Shown piece after piece: positions 21,069 through 30,027 of a DNA stretch of 64,000 nucleotides. The notes below the pieces were generated by a model, which made no database searches, was not told the DNA's origin, and worked only from the letters and a program-made list of their open reading frames with translations. The translations under genes and the position numbers were made by a program. Within the stretch, counting starts at the first letter, position 1, and each line of letters starts with the position of its first letter. The DNA is from Candidatus Magasanikiibacteriota bacterium (GTDB lineage: Bacteria > Patescibacteriota > Patescibacteriia > Magasanikbacterales > UBA922): NCBI GenBank assembly GCA_052033375.1, contig JBPOJQ010000013.1:2255-66254 (forward strand), written 5' to 3'.

Positions 21069-22559
21069 TTACTCTGCCTTTCTTTTTTTGAACAAAATAA
21101 ACGGAGTTTTGAGCATAATAATCAAATCAAGGAACAAGGTCCAGCGTTCGATATAGAGCACATCGAGTCTCATTTCTTCTTCGAATTCCAGATCTGACCT
21201 GCCTGAAATTTGTGAGAGTCCCGTGATTCCCGGCTTTACCGCAAACACGGTCGGATATGCATCTCGGTACAAATCTACTTCGCGCGGCTGATGCGGTCTG
21301 GGGCCCACGATACTCATAGTCCCAGCTAATACATTGAAAAACTGAGGTAATTCATCGATACTCCATTTTCTAATCCATCTCCCGACTGGCGTAATGCGTG
21401 GATCATTTCCAATTTTATAGATCGGGCCCGTGCGCGTGTTTTGTTTTTCTATCAATTGTTTTTCTCTTTTTTCAGCAAAGGTGCCTGCCCTACCAAATTG
21501 GGGACCGGTGCTATCTTTCTGATACATGGATCGGAATTTGTACGTAACAAAATCTTTTCCTTGATACCCTACCCGCTTATTTTTATACAAAATTGGACGT
21601 CCTGTCTCTATGAAAATAATCAATGCTACGAGAAGTAGTACAGGAGAAAACAGTATGATACACAGAAGACTAAAGACGATATCTGACACTCTCTTAATCA
21701 CCTTCCCCCATCCTTCGAGTGGAGTGCGTTTGAGCTCGACCATAGGCATTCCTGCGAGCGCGGTAATCGTTGTGTTCGCCGCGTACGCTGCGAACATATC
21801 TGCGCTATATTTGAACACAATATGATGACGAGTACAGTATTCAATAATTTTCAAAGCTTCTGCTTCGCGACCCCTCGGATGTGCAAATATGATTTCATCA
21901 ATTCCATGCTTCCCGAATTTTCGTGCATCAGTTTCAGTGAAATTTTTTGAAATCATGAGTACGCGATACCCCAGCTCTTTTCTGCGATCGAGCTCTTCGC
22001 CGATACGCTCAGCCACATGCTCATCCCCTACAATAATCACTTTTCGGAGACCCGCTCCCAGACGATACATCACCCCTCGAATAGCGCGCATGATAATTCT
22101 TCCGAACCCCACGTAGACAATCGTACACAGCCAGGTCACGACGAGGAGAAATCGGGATTCGAATTGTGTCGAGAAAAAAATAATCCCGAGTGCGACAAAT
22201 GCTAGCCCGACAGTCGACATCATGGCTACGCGCTTCAATATTTCGGCAAGCTTTCTATTCGGATCCGGAGTATAGAGCCCATCAAGTGCAAATATGACAA
22301 TCACCCCTATTCCGACTAGTGCTGTCCGCGCAAAAAATTCGGCGAGTGACAGATCGAATCGTATTGATCGCAAATCCACAAAAAATGGCAAAAAACGTAT
22401 GCCGTATGCTGTGACTGCCGCGAGTAAGATGAGGATGTAGTCGAGTGGTACCTGAAGCACCATGAGCATTCCTTCGGAGCGTTTCATAAGGAGAAAAATA
22501 TAGACATAGTATAGCAAAATATGGCTAAATTTCAAACTATCCAACTGTATAAAATACAT
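21069..22559 (-). CDS. Polyprenyl-phosphate glycosyl-1-phosphate transferase (WbaP/EpsB-type bacterial sugar transferase)
   Basis: 496 aa with N-terminal TM helices. The C-terminal domain carries KRVSDIVFSLL...GRPILYKNKRVGYQGKDFVTYKFRSM...SIDELPQFFNVLAGTMSIVGPRP. Confidence 0.9.
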   Translation of the reverse strand: MYFIQLDSLKFSHILLYYVYIFLLMKRSEGMLMVLQVPLDYILILLAAVTAYGIRFLPFFVDLRSIRFDLSLAEFFARTALVGIGVIVIFALDGLYTPDPNRKLAEILKRVAMMSTVGLAFVALGIIFFSTQFESRFLLVVTWLCTIVYVGFGRIIMRAIRGVMYRLGAGLRKVIIVGDEHVAERIGEELDRRKELGYRVLMISKNFTETDARKFGKHGIDEIIFAHPRGREAEALKIIEYCTRHHIVFKYSADMFAAYAANTTITALAGMPMVELKRTPLEGWGKVIKRVSDIVFSLLCIILFSPVLLLVALIIFIETGRPILYKNKRVGYQGKDFVTYKFRSMYQKDSTGPQFGRAGTFAEKREKQLIEKQNTRTGPIYKIGNDPRITPVGRWIRKWSIDELPQFFNVLAGTMSIVGPRPHQPREVDLYRDAYPTVFAVKPGITGLSQISGRSDLEFEEEMRLDVLYIERWTLFLDLIIMLKTPFILFKKRKAE

Positions 22560-22650
22560 ACTTTTACATTCCTCACTGTCCTATCTCATGCAATATCACT
22601 TATGTATTGACTTTTCTTATTCACTGTGGCATTCTATGTAAGCAAATTAA

Positions 22651-22732
22651 TGCTCAGGTGGCGAAATTGGTAGACGCACTACCTTGAGGTGGTAGCGCCG
22701 AAAGGCATGGAGGTTCGAGTCCTCTCCTGAGC
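22651..22732 (+). tRNA. tRNA-Leu (anticodon GAG)
   Basis: Acceptor GCTCAGG/CCTGAGC, anticodon stem CTACC/GGTAG with loop TTGAGGT, and a long variable arm. Confidence 0.85.
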
Positions 22733-22789
22733 ACGACCTTGAGAGACCCTGCTAGATGTCCGAGATGGATACTGCAGATGAGCTTAACA

Positions 22790-22818
22790 AAAAACACCCG
22801 AAATTGGGTGTTTTTTGT
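22790..22818 (+). terminator. Rho-independent terminator downstream of tRNA-Leu
   Basis: AAAAACACCC-GAAATT-GGGTGTTTTTTG. It lies inside the 5' end of the track ORF 22756..24336, so the real CDS start is probably downstream. Confidence 0.7.
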
Positions 22819-22869
22819 TTTACTCAAATAAATGATAATATCTATCTACGCACTATCTGTATTCCTCTT

Positions 22870-24336
22870 ATGAATGAAAAAGAAAAAACTATAAATCAAA
22901 AAATTATCATAAGTTCTGGATTAAATAAGTCAGAAAAGTATTTAGCTAAAATCTGCGGTAAAACTTTCTTATCTTTATGGAGTTATCCTAACCTATATCG
23001 CAATAAAGGAAAAGAATTATCGGATTTGCTTGTTGTTTTTGGTAATCATATTCTAATTTTTTCAGATAAATCATGTGCGTACCCAGTAAGTGAAAATCAT
23101 GAACTTAATTGGAGTCGATGGTTTAGAAGAGCTGTTGAAAAATCAGCAAAACAGTTGTGGCGGGCAGAACAATGGATTCGGCAGTACCCAAAGCAGATTT
23201 TTTTAGATCCAGAATGTACGCAACGTTTCCCATTTGATATAGATATACAAAAAACAAAAATCCACTTAATTTTAGTTGCACATGGAGTTTCTGCATCTTG
23301 CAAAAAGTATTTTAATGGTGGAAGTGGTAGTTTAATTATAAAAAACGATATTAAAAGTATTAATGAGCACACAGAGCCATTTGTTATTGGAGATCTCAAT
23401 CCTTCTAAAACTTTTATACACGTACTCGACGACATAACTCTCGATATAGTGATGAACGCACTTGATACCACATCTGATTTGGTTTCCTATTTTTCTAAAA
23501 AAGAAATTCTGCTTCGCTCAGATAAACATATAATGTATACAGGGGAAGAAGACTTACTTCCCTACTATATGACAAAAATTAAAAATGATGAACATGATTT
23601 TGTATTTCCTGAAGAATCAAATGGTATAGCGATTTTCGAAGGTGAATGGAAAAACTTTTGTAATAATCCACAAAGGAAAGCCCAATTAGAAGAAGATAAA
23701 ATAAGTTACTATTGGGATGCACTAATAGAACAATTCAATAAAAATGCTTTAAACGGCACGCAATATAATACTTCAGCAGGGGGTATAAAAGATTCTGAAA
23801 AAATAATGCGTTTCTTTGCAAGTGAAACTCGATTTCGTAGAAGAATTCTTTCAAAAACTGTTCTTGGTTTGATTGAAAAAACACCTAATGATATTTGTGG
23901 CAGAAGATTTAGTGTTCCTCTAACTAAAGATGGAACCTATTATGCTTTTATCACTTTTCCTAAAAAAAATCATCACACGGAACAACAATATCGAGCTTTT
24001 AGAAGCGAGTACTTAAAAATTTGTTGCATGGTTGTTCGCGCAGTATATCCTAATGCTAAAGATATAATTGGATTTGCAACAGAGTCTGGTAAAGAATTAA
24101 AAGGAAGATCAGAAGATGCTCTATATCTTGATGGAAGACATTGGAATGAAGGAATGCAAAAAGAAGCATTAGAGTTACAGAAGAAATTGGGAATTCTTAT
24201 GGAACCTAATTATTACAAAATGAGTGATACTGAATTTCCAGATGTTAATCCAACACAGATTCCTAAAGTTGGAAGAAATGAAAAATGCCCTTGTGGGTCA
24301 AGTAAAAAATATAAAAGATGTCACGGATTTAAATAA
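22870..24336 (+). CDS. Hypothetical protein with a C-terminal SEC-C metal-binding motif, in an AT-rich (about 28% GC) segment
   Basis: The C-terminus NEKCPCGSSKKYKRCHG is a SEC-C motif. I chose the ATG at 22870 (MNEKEK) because the annotated 22756 start would read through the tRNA terminator hairpin. GC content is clearly below neighbouring genes. Confidence 0.65.
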   Translation: MNEKEKTINQKIIISSGLNKSEKYLAKICGKTFLSLWSYPNLYRNKGKELSDLLVVFGNHILIFSDKSCAYPVSENHELNWSRWFRRAVEKSAKQLWRAEQWIRQYPKQIFLDPECTQRFPFDIDIQKTKIHLILVAHGVSASCKKYFNGGSGSLIIKNDIKSINEHTEPFVIGDLNPSKTFIHVLDDITLDIVMNALDTTSDLVSYFSKKEILLRSDKHIMYTGEEDLLPYYMTKIKNDEHDFVFPEESNGIAIFEGEWKNFCNNPQRKAQLEEDKISYYWDALIEQFNKNALNGTQYNTSAGGIKDSEKIMRFFASETRFRRRILSKTVLGLIEKTPNDICGRRFSVPLTKDGTYYAFITFPKKNHHTEQQYRAFRSEYLKICCMVVRAVYPNAKDIIGFATESGKELKGRSEDALYLDGRHWNEGMQKEALELQKKLGILMEPNYYKMSDTEFPDVNPTQIPKVGRNEKCPCGSSKKYKRCHGFK

Positions 24337-24364
24337 ATCTTTATCTTATTGCCAAAAATTTACT

Positions 24365-24787
24365 TTAAATTAAACATAATTTTTTATCTCTTAGTATTAG
24401 CCTATTTTTAACTACTTCTATAAGTTCTCTTTTCTCAAAGATCTTTCCTTCTTTCAAGATATATTTTGCATACTTCTTCATATCTAAATCTTTCTTTTTC
24501 TCTAATTCATCATTTTTTAAACCCAGAACTGCATACCTAAACTGACTATACCGATCTAGTTCTGCTTCTAATTTCTGTTTGATTCCCAGTTTATCTAGAC
24601 TCACCTTACCTATTATTTCTACTAGCTGCTTTATTACTTCGTTCTCATTCATACTCACTCCCCTGCAATTTTGATCCTTTGTTCTCGTGCACACATAGTA
24701 CACGTATCTATGAACATTCCCATTCTGCTGATGCTTGAATTTTTCATCTGCAGTAATACCTGAACCACAATTTCCACATGTCATCAT
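24365..24787 (-). pseudogene. Probable remnant of a large serine recombinase (recombinase zinc-beta-ribbon plus coiled-coil C-terminal region only)
   Basis: CGNCGSGI...YVYYVCTRTKDQNC followed by a K/E-rich helical tail matches the Zn-ribbon and coiled-coil region of large serine recombinases. No resolvase catalytic domain lies upstream. The 5' region is replaced by the 80-bp repeat. Confidence 0.45.
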
Positions 24788-24840
24788 TCTGGTGAACGCG
24801 AATTCTTTGTTCTTTTTCTTTTAGTACACGCTTCGCCTCT

Positions 24841-24919
24841 TTTACATTCAAAACCAAAGACGCTATACTTATTGACAATGCTATAAATTTGTGTAAATAT
24901 AGCGTAAAATCTTAACTTT
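24841..24919 (+). repeat. 80-bp direct repeat copy 1 (promoter plus 5' leader of secreted-protein paralog A)
   Basis: The two copies read tttacattcaaaaccaaagacgctatacttattgacaatgctataaatttgtgtaaatatagcNtaaaatcttaacttt. The only mismatch seen is G (copy 1) versus C (copy 2) at position N. It contains TTGACA and an extended -10-like TGtaaatat. Confidence 0.85.
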
Positions 24920-24920
24920 A

Positions 24921-26525
24921 TTGATTATGAACAGAAACACAAAAATATCTATTACGGCAGCAGTCGCCCTTGTACTCATTATTGGTGTTGGAATTGGATG
25001 CTACATACATAGTAAAAAAACTACTACAGTATCTACAGGACCAACAACCACCAGCACTCCAAATGTTGTGACAGATCCTACTCCAACCGCTAAAACACCA
25101 TATAACATCGGAGAATCCAGAACACTTAGCCCGATCGGCTATTCAGACTTTGATGAGTTTTTGAAAAAAGCTATTCAAAAAAAGACGGTGAAAAATACAC
25201 GCGATAATCTCAATTACACAGCATATCTCTTGAAACAAGAAGATGCAGATTTTCTTGGCTCATCACGTATTATTGTAAAAATTGATCTTGAACGAGATTA
25301 TGCACCACTTCCCTTTTTTGATACACAAATCAATGATGTAGATAGTATTGGTAATTTTCATGTAACCGACAGCGGTCTTGAACTTACGTCAAAAACACAG
25401 ACTTCTGAAGATGAACGCGCATATCTTCTTGAATTTTCACCTATCGTACTTGGAGATAATTATACTCCAGACTCACTGCGTGTAATGCGATTGGTTTCTG
25501 AATCAATCCGAAATAGCTATAAAAAAACTGTTGCTGATTTTTCTGCCGCACTTACGAAAAATGGTATTGCTAACGAATATAAAAATAATACGCTAGTGGG
25601 ATTTGATATTGGCACTATTTACCATATAACTCTTATAGATAATACAAACTATCAAATAAATGTAATGAGTCCTGATTTTAGTATTGGAATTGGCGAAGGA
25701 ATCCCTACATGGTTTACTCCTAATAAGGTAGATTTCACTGCGAGTACTGACATACTACATTCTCAATTTCTTTACCCTACTGACATCTTGTATTCTGATA
25801 AAATAACTATCGAGGGACAGCTGTCTTTTGTAATATTTACTTACTGCGGATATCCAGCATCAAATTATTGCGTACAGATTCGTACAAAAGACAGCCGAAA
25901 CATGGGATATGTAGTGAATATAGACGTTGATGATTCCTATAAAGAAAATCCTGAAATTGCGGTACAGAAAATTATAACCAGCCCATTGGTTAAAAATATA
26001 TTCTCATCAATCAATTCTCAAGAAAGTACTGCCCAGCCTACACGTGAACACGCTAAGAATGTTATTTCTGCACTTAGAAATGCTGATTTCTCACAACTCT
26101 CTACCTACACTCACCCCGAAAAAGGCATCCGTTTCTCACCATACATATATGTGCAGAAGGATTCACATCTGGTGTTTAAAGTAGATAGTATAAAAAATCT
26201 ACTGAATGATACAAAAGTATATACCTGGGGAACTTACGATGGTTCTGGATTCCCTATTGAACTAACCCCTAAAGAATATTATGATCAATTCGTATATTCT
26301 CGTGACTTTGCGAATGTAGCAAAGATTACCTATAATGATATATCCAATTATAATACCCAAAAAATACTTGAAACGTATCCACAGAGTACTATTGTGGAAT
26401 ATTATTATCCTGGCACCGATCCAAAATTCGAGGGCATGGATTGGCAAAGTTTGCGATTGGTATTTGAGGAATTTAATGGTACCTGGTATCTGGTAGGCAT
26501 TGTGCACGACGAATGGATGATCTAG
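24921..26525 (+). CDS. Membrane-anchored secreted protein, paralog A (N-terminal TM, Thr/Pro-rich linker, multi-domain ectodomain)
   Basis: 534 aa. TM segment ISITAAVALVLIIGVGIGCYI, then linker TTTVSTGPTTTSTPNVVTDPTPTAKTP. The central region NVMSPDFSIGIGEGIPTWFTPNKVDFTA is homologous to the 29310 gene. Confidence 0.8.
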   Translation: MIMNRNTKISITAAVALVLIIGVGIGCYIHSKKTTTVSTGPTTTSTPNVVTDPTPTAKTPYNIGESRTLSPIGYSDFDEFLKKAIQKKTVKNTRDNLNYTAYLLKQEDADFLGSSRIIVKIDLERDYAPLPFFDTQINDVDSIGNFHVTDSGLELTSKTQTSEDERAYLLEFSPIVLGDNYTPDSLRVMRLVSESIRNSYKKTVADFSAALTKNGIANEYKNNTLVGFDIGTIYHITLIDNTNYQINVMSPDFSIGIGEGIPTWFTPNKVDFTASTDILHSQFLYPTDILYSDKITIEGQLSFVIFTYCGYPASNYCVQIRTKDSRNMGYVVNIDVDDSYKENPEIAVQKIITSPLVKNIFSSINSQESTAQPTREHAKNVISALRNADFSQLSTYTHPEKGIRFSPYIYVQKDSHLVFKVDSIKNLLNDTKVYTWGTYDGSGFPIELTPKEYYDQFVYSRDFANVAKITYNDISNYNTQKILETYPQSTIVEYYYPGTDPKFEGMDWQSLRLVFEEFNGTWYLVGIVHDEWMI

Positions 26526-26535
26526 TATTTCCTAT

Positions 26536-27144
26536 ATGTCTACCACCCAACTCCATTTCCGTTACTCTCCCATCTACGACCGCTCTCTTGCAGCATTATC
26601 TTCTACAGAACTTTCTGACGATCAGATTTCAGAAGGTTTTTCTTTTGCCAATGATTTTGCTGCGTATTGGCAAGATAAAAACGACAAAATATTTAATTAC
26701 TATAGTGAACTAGGATTAGTGCTTGCAGATTTTTGGTTAGCATACCCGGTTCATGCACAAAAAAATATTGTTCCATTTAATGATCCTCTTACATTCTTCA
26801 TCAAAGATAATTTTGATGAATGTGCAGCAACAATTACTCATGAAATTTGTCACACGTTCTTTAGTTATTTTGCAAACAATGAACGTGCAGTAGAACTCTG
26901 GAAACCAATTGCAGAAAAATTCTCAGATGAACCAAATGACGTACAGGAACATATTTTAATTAATATGCTTGCATCTGGTGGATACTTCAGAATCTTTGAT
27001 AGTAATAAAGCTATTGAATTAATAAAAATGGAAACCGAATATTCTTCACTCGCTCGAAGCTGGAAGCTTATCTATGATGGTATTGGTGGAGATTTTGAGA
27101 AGCTTAAAGATCCTTTGGAAGCTCTCAAAATTCTTGCTACGTAA
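26536..27144 (+). CDS. Hypothetical protein with an HExxH motif (putative zinc metallopeptidase-like)
   Basis: 202 aa. ITHEICHTFF contains HExxH and is followed by an acidic helical region. Confidence 0.6.
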   Translation: MSTTQLHFRYSPIYDRSLAALSSTELSDDQISEGFSFANDFAAYWQDKNDKIFNYYSELGLVLADFWLAYPVHAQKNIVPFNDPLTFFIKDNFDECAATITHEICHTFFSYFANNERAVELWKPIAEKFSDEPNDVQEHILINMLASGGYFRIFDSNKAIELIKMETEYSSLARSWKLIYDGIGGDFEKLKDPLEALKILAT

Positions 27145-27148
27145 GACG

Positions 27149-27829
27149 TTAAATAGTTTTTCTCTTAAATTCAAAGACATAAAACATAAAAGACTTATTG
27201 TGGGCTGGTCTTTTATATACTTCTACAATTTCAAATCCATTATTTTCTGCCAAATGGAAAGGTAGGTAAATACTCAGATCAGCAAAATTTGCCCAACCGA
27301 AATAGATTCGACCACCAGGATTTAAGTATCTAGCTGCCTGGTTAAAAAACTTTTGTTTCATTAGATTATTTGGGTCCCAAAACATTTTATCGATAGCGTC
27401 CTTTGCACCATGATTGTTGTATGGTGGATTGCAGATAATAGCATCAAAGGTACCGGTAACATTTTCAAAAACATCAGACTGTAAAAACTGAATATTACTT
27501 ATTCCATTTTTCTCTGCATTCAATTTGCTGTTTTCTACCGCGCGTTCATTGATATCCACCCCTACCCCAGATTTTGCATACTGAGCAAGGTATAAACATA
27601 TTGTTCCAGTACCACATCCTATTTCTAAGAATGTTTGTCCTGGTTCCAGACATACCGATTGAGCCATAAGTTCGGTATCAACAGACGTTCTGTATACTCC
27701 ACTAAGCACTTGAATTGGAAGACCACAACACTCAATATCTAGTGGTTGCCCTGTTGTGTGTCTTTCTTGAAGTCTCTCTGTTTGAGACGGGACAGCTGGA
27801 ATATTGCTTTGCTCTAGAGTGAATTTCAT
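27149..27829 (-). CDS. Class I SAM-dependent methyltransferase with an NPPY motif (HemK/PrmC or TrmN6/methyltransferase-small-domain type)
   Basis: Motif I LEIGCGTGTICLYLAQ, acidic DIN, and NPPY (AIICNPPYNN) are present. Confidence 0.7.
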   Translation of the reverse strand: MKFTLEQSNIPAVPSQTERLQERHTTGQPLDIECCGLPIQVLSGVYRTSVDTELMAQSVCLEPGQTFLEIGCGTGTICLYLAQYAKSGVGVDINERAVENSKLNAEKNGISNIQFLQSDVFENVTGTFDAIICNPPYNNHGAKDAIDKMFWDPNNLMKQKFFNQAARYLNPGGRIYFGWANFADLSIYLPFHLAENNGFEIVEVYKRPAHNKSFMFYVFEFKRKTI

Positions 27830-27844
27830 AATTCAAAATAGTAT

Positions 27845-28078
27845 CTAAGACTTTCTCTTGAAAAAAAGGTTCTCAAGCTGCTCAAGTTCCTTTATTGGTT
27901 TTTCTTCAAAGAAACAGACGAATGATTCTTTGAGTGTTTCGTTTTCTAATACTATCTGGAATTTACCTTCATGACTAAAAATGCAATCAATTGGGAAAAA
28001 GTGATGATGCCACGGGATTCCGTTGATAGAATATGATTGGACGAGACGAATTATTTCTTCAAATTGAACAATCTTCAT
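27845..28078 (-). CDS. Small hypothetical protein
   Basis: 77 aa ORF, AT-rich, and co-directional with the neighbouring small gene. Confidence 0.4.
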   Translation of the reverse strand: MKIVQFEEIIRLVQSYSINGIPWHHHFFPIDCIFSHEGKFQIVLENETLKESFVCFFEEKPIKELEQLENLFFKRKS

Positions 28079-28087
28079 ATATTATAT

Positions 28088-28474
28088 CTATTTATTTTCC
28101 ATCACTTGTTTTAAATTTTCTAATATAGCTTGTGTAAATGGATTTTGTAACTCCCCAGTCTTTACCCATTCGTAATATTCTAATTCAGTCTGTGTATCTC
28201 CTATCACTGTATACGAATATCTAACATGATAATTCTCCGCCATATCTGAAAGAGTAAATACATCATATAGTTCATATTCTATTACTTTATAGGTATTCCA
28301 TTCAGTATCAGTGCCAGAATTTTTATACTGCGTACCAATATGCGGAGGATATTCCTCAGCAATTTCTTTTTGAATAGATGGAATCCATAAATGGGTATTC
28401 TCGGGATTGGTGGTAAATTCAAATACAACTGGGGCAGGCTTATCTATAATAATAGTTAGTTTATTTTCTTTCAT
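28088..28474 (-). CDS. Hypothetical protein (possibly SRPBCC/START-like fold)
   Basis: 128 aa. Alternating beta-strand-like hydrophobic patterns are visible. No definitive motif was found. Confidence 0.45.
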   Translation of the reverse strand: MKENKLTIIIDKPAPVVFEFTTNPENTHLWIPSIQKEIAEEYPPHIGTQYKNSGTDTEWNTYKVIEYELYDVFTLSDMAENYHVRYSYTVIGDTQTELEYYEWVKTGELQNPFTQAILENLKQVMENK

Positions 28475-28554
28475 AGATTGAAATCAGTATATCCCATAAA
28501 AAGCACGACCGTCCACAGATGTTCTGGGACGGTCGGCGAATGCGAGCGTAGTGC

Positions 28555-29034
28555 TCAGTAGCCTTTGGAAGGCGGGATGACCTCGTCTCCGACTCGGATG
28601 AGTCCGCACTGGAACACTTCGGCAACGAGACCGCCGCGATCGTAGAAGGCTTCCTTGAACCCCGGCTTGCCCGAGAGGTTGCTCGGACGATCACAAGGAT
28701 CGCAGTACTTCACGCCGAGGAACTTGGCGTCGTCAATCGAGAAGTACTTTCCGATGAGCCACATGAGCTCGACACCTTCGACGACGATGTTCCGTCGGCT
28801 ATCGACGTAGTCAAAGCCCGTCCCTGGGAAGAAGACCCCGTTGATGAACGTGACCTGTCGACGACCTTGGTTACCCTTGTTAAAGCTACCTTCACCCGTG
28901 CAGTAACGATCTCCTTCGAGACCCATACCTTCGAGCGCTCGGACTTCGTTGACCAGCTGCATGGGACCTCCAGCAGCCGGTGAGATGCAGATCGCTATGA
29001 CCTTGCCATTCGCCATACCCTGACTCCTTTTCAT
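28555..29034 (-). CDS. MOSC-domain protein (MoCo sulfurase C-terminal-like), in a high-GC patch
   Basis: 159 aa with conserved Cys and GDRY-type motifs (GLEGDRYCTGEG). Local GC is about 58% against about 39% in the flanks. Confidence 0.55.
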   Translation of the reverse strand: MKRSQGMANGKVIAICISPAAGGPMQLVNEVRALEGMGLEGDRYCTGEGSFNKGNQGRRQVTFINGVFFPGTGFDYVDSRRNIVVEGVELMWLIGKYFSIDDAKFLGVKYCDPCDRPSNLSGKPGFKEAFYDRGGLVAEVFQCGLIRVGDEVIPPSKGY

Positions 29035-29202
29035 GGGTTTGTGCCTATACTACCAGATATTTGAATAAGTTCAATAAGTGTCTTATTTACCACGGAAACA
29101 TGCTCCCCTGACCGAGAGGGTTTCCCCCATCCTTTCAAAAAGACCTTGAAAGAGCCCATGGTTGGCTGTAGATGTGATTATTTGGGCCGTGGTGGTGCAC
29201 AG

Positions 29203-29227
29203 AAAAACACCCGATGAGGGTGTTTTT
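29203..29227 (+). terminator. Hairpin terminator AAAAACACCC-GATGA-GGGTGTTTTT (bidirectional-capable)
   Basis: A GC stem flanked by A-run and T-run. It sits between MOSC (minus) and repeat copy 2. Confidence 0.65.
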
Positions 29228-29303
29228 ACATTCAAAACCAAAGACGCTATACTTATTGACAATGCTATAAATTTGTGTAAATATAGCCTAAAATCTTAAC
29301 TTT
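29225..29303 (+). repeat. 80-bp direct repeat copy 2 (promoter plus leader of paralog B)
   Basis: Near-identical to 24841..24919 (one G/C difference seen). It carries the same TTGACA and extended -10-like element. Confidence 0.85.
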
Positions 29304-29309
29304 TTACTT

Positions 29310-29999
29310 ATGAATAGAAATACTCAGATTGGTATACTCGTTGCAGTTGTTGTTCTTGTAGTGGGTGGATGGTTTGCATACGATATGTATACAACCAAAA
29401 ATACTCCTGTTGTAACTGATCCTAACGGTCAAACTCCTGTAGTTACTCCGACCAATACTGAACCTGGCGATGTTTTAGATTTCTCTAAAAAAATTGCAGA
29501 TATTAGTGCACAGCTGACTGCAAAAGGTGTTACTAATGAATATAAAGAAGTCACTGAATCATTGGATACTGGTAGACGTTTTATGTTTACCTTTGGAGAC
29601 CAGGCACCAGATTACCAGTTATATGTGATGAGTCCTGATTTCGCTCTTGGTGTTGGAGAAGGTGGCCCAACGTCGTTTACTCCTCGTGATATGGATTTTG
29701 CTGCACCTTGGTACGGTATGGTAGATCAATTACAAGAACTTGGATACTACCGCGAACAAAATATTCAAGATTCAAAAAAAGCTGAAATTAATGGAGTGTA
29801 TTTTTATTGGATCTTTGGAGATTTCGGATTTGTGGAACCAGACTTACATGTTCAAGCACTTGCAAATGACAAAGATACTATCGGATACCTACTTCATGTA
29901 AACACCTTTGATCTCGACTACACGGGCAAAGGCATGAAAGCGATTGAAGAAGTAGAGAATAATCCATTTGCACAAAAGATTTTTTCAGTCATCAAATAA
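29310..29999 (+). CDS. Membrane-anchored secreted protein, paralog B (short form)
   Basis: 229 aa. TM segment IGILVAVVVLVVGGWFAYDMY, then T/P linker TPVVTDPNGQTPVVTPTNTEPG. YVMSPDFALGVGEGGPTSFTPRDMDFAA is homologous to the central region of paralog A. Confidence 0.8.
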   Translation: MNRNTQIGILVAVVVLVVGGWFAYDMYTTKNTPVVTDPNGQTPVVTPTNTEPGDVLDFSKKIADISAQLTAKGVTNEYKEVTESLDTGRRFMFTFGDQAPDYQLYVMSPDFALGVGEGGPTSFTPRDMDFAAPWYGMVDQLQELGYYREQNIQDSKKAEINGVYFYWIFGDFGFVEPDLHVQALANDKDTIGYLLHVNTFDLDYTGKGMKAIEEVENNPFAQKIFSVIK

Positions 30000-30027
30000 T
30001 ACATTGCAATATAAAATGTGATCTTTT

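Noticed and set aside
22756-22869. Annotated ATG start of the SEC-C protein at 22756
   Set aside because: It would translate straight through the tRNA-Leu intrinsic terminator hairpin (22790..22818). The downstream ATG at 22870 is more plausible.
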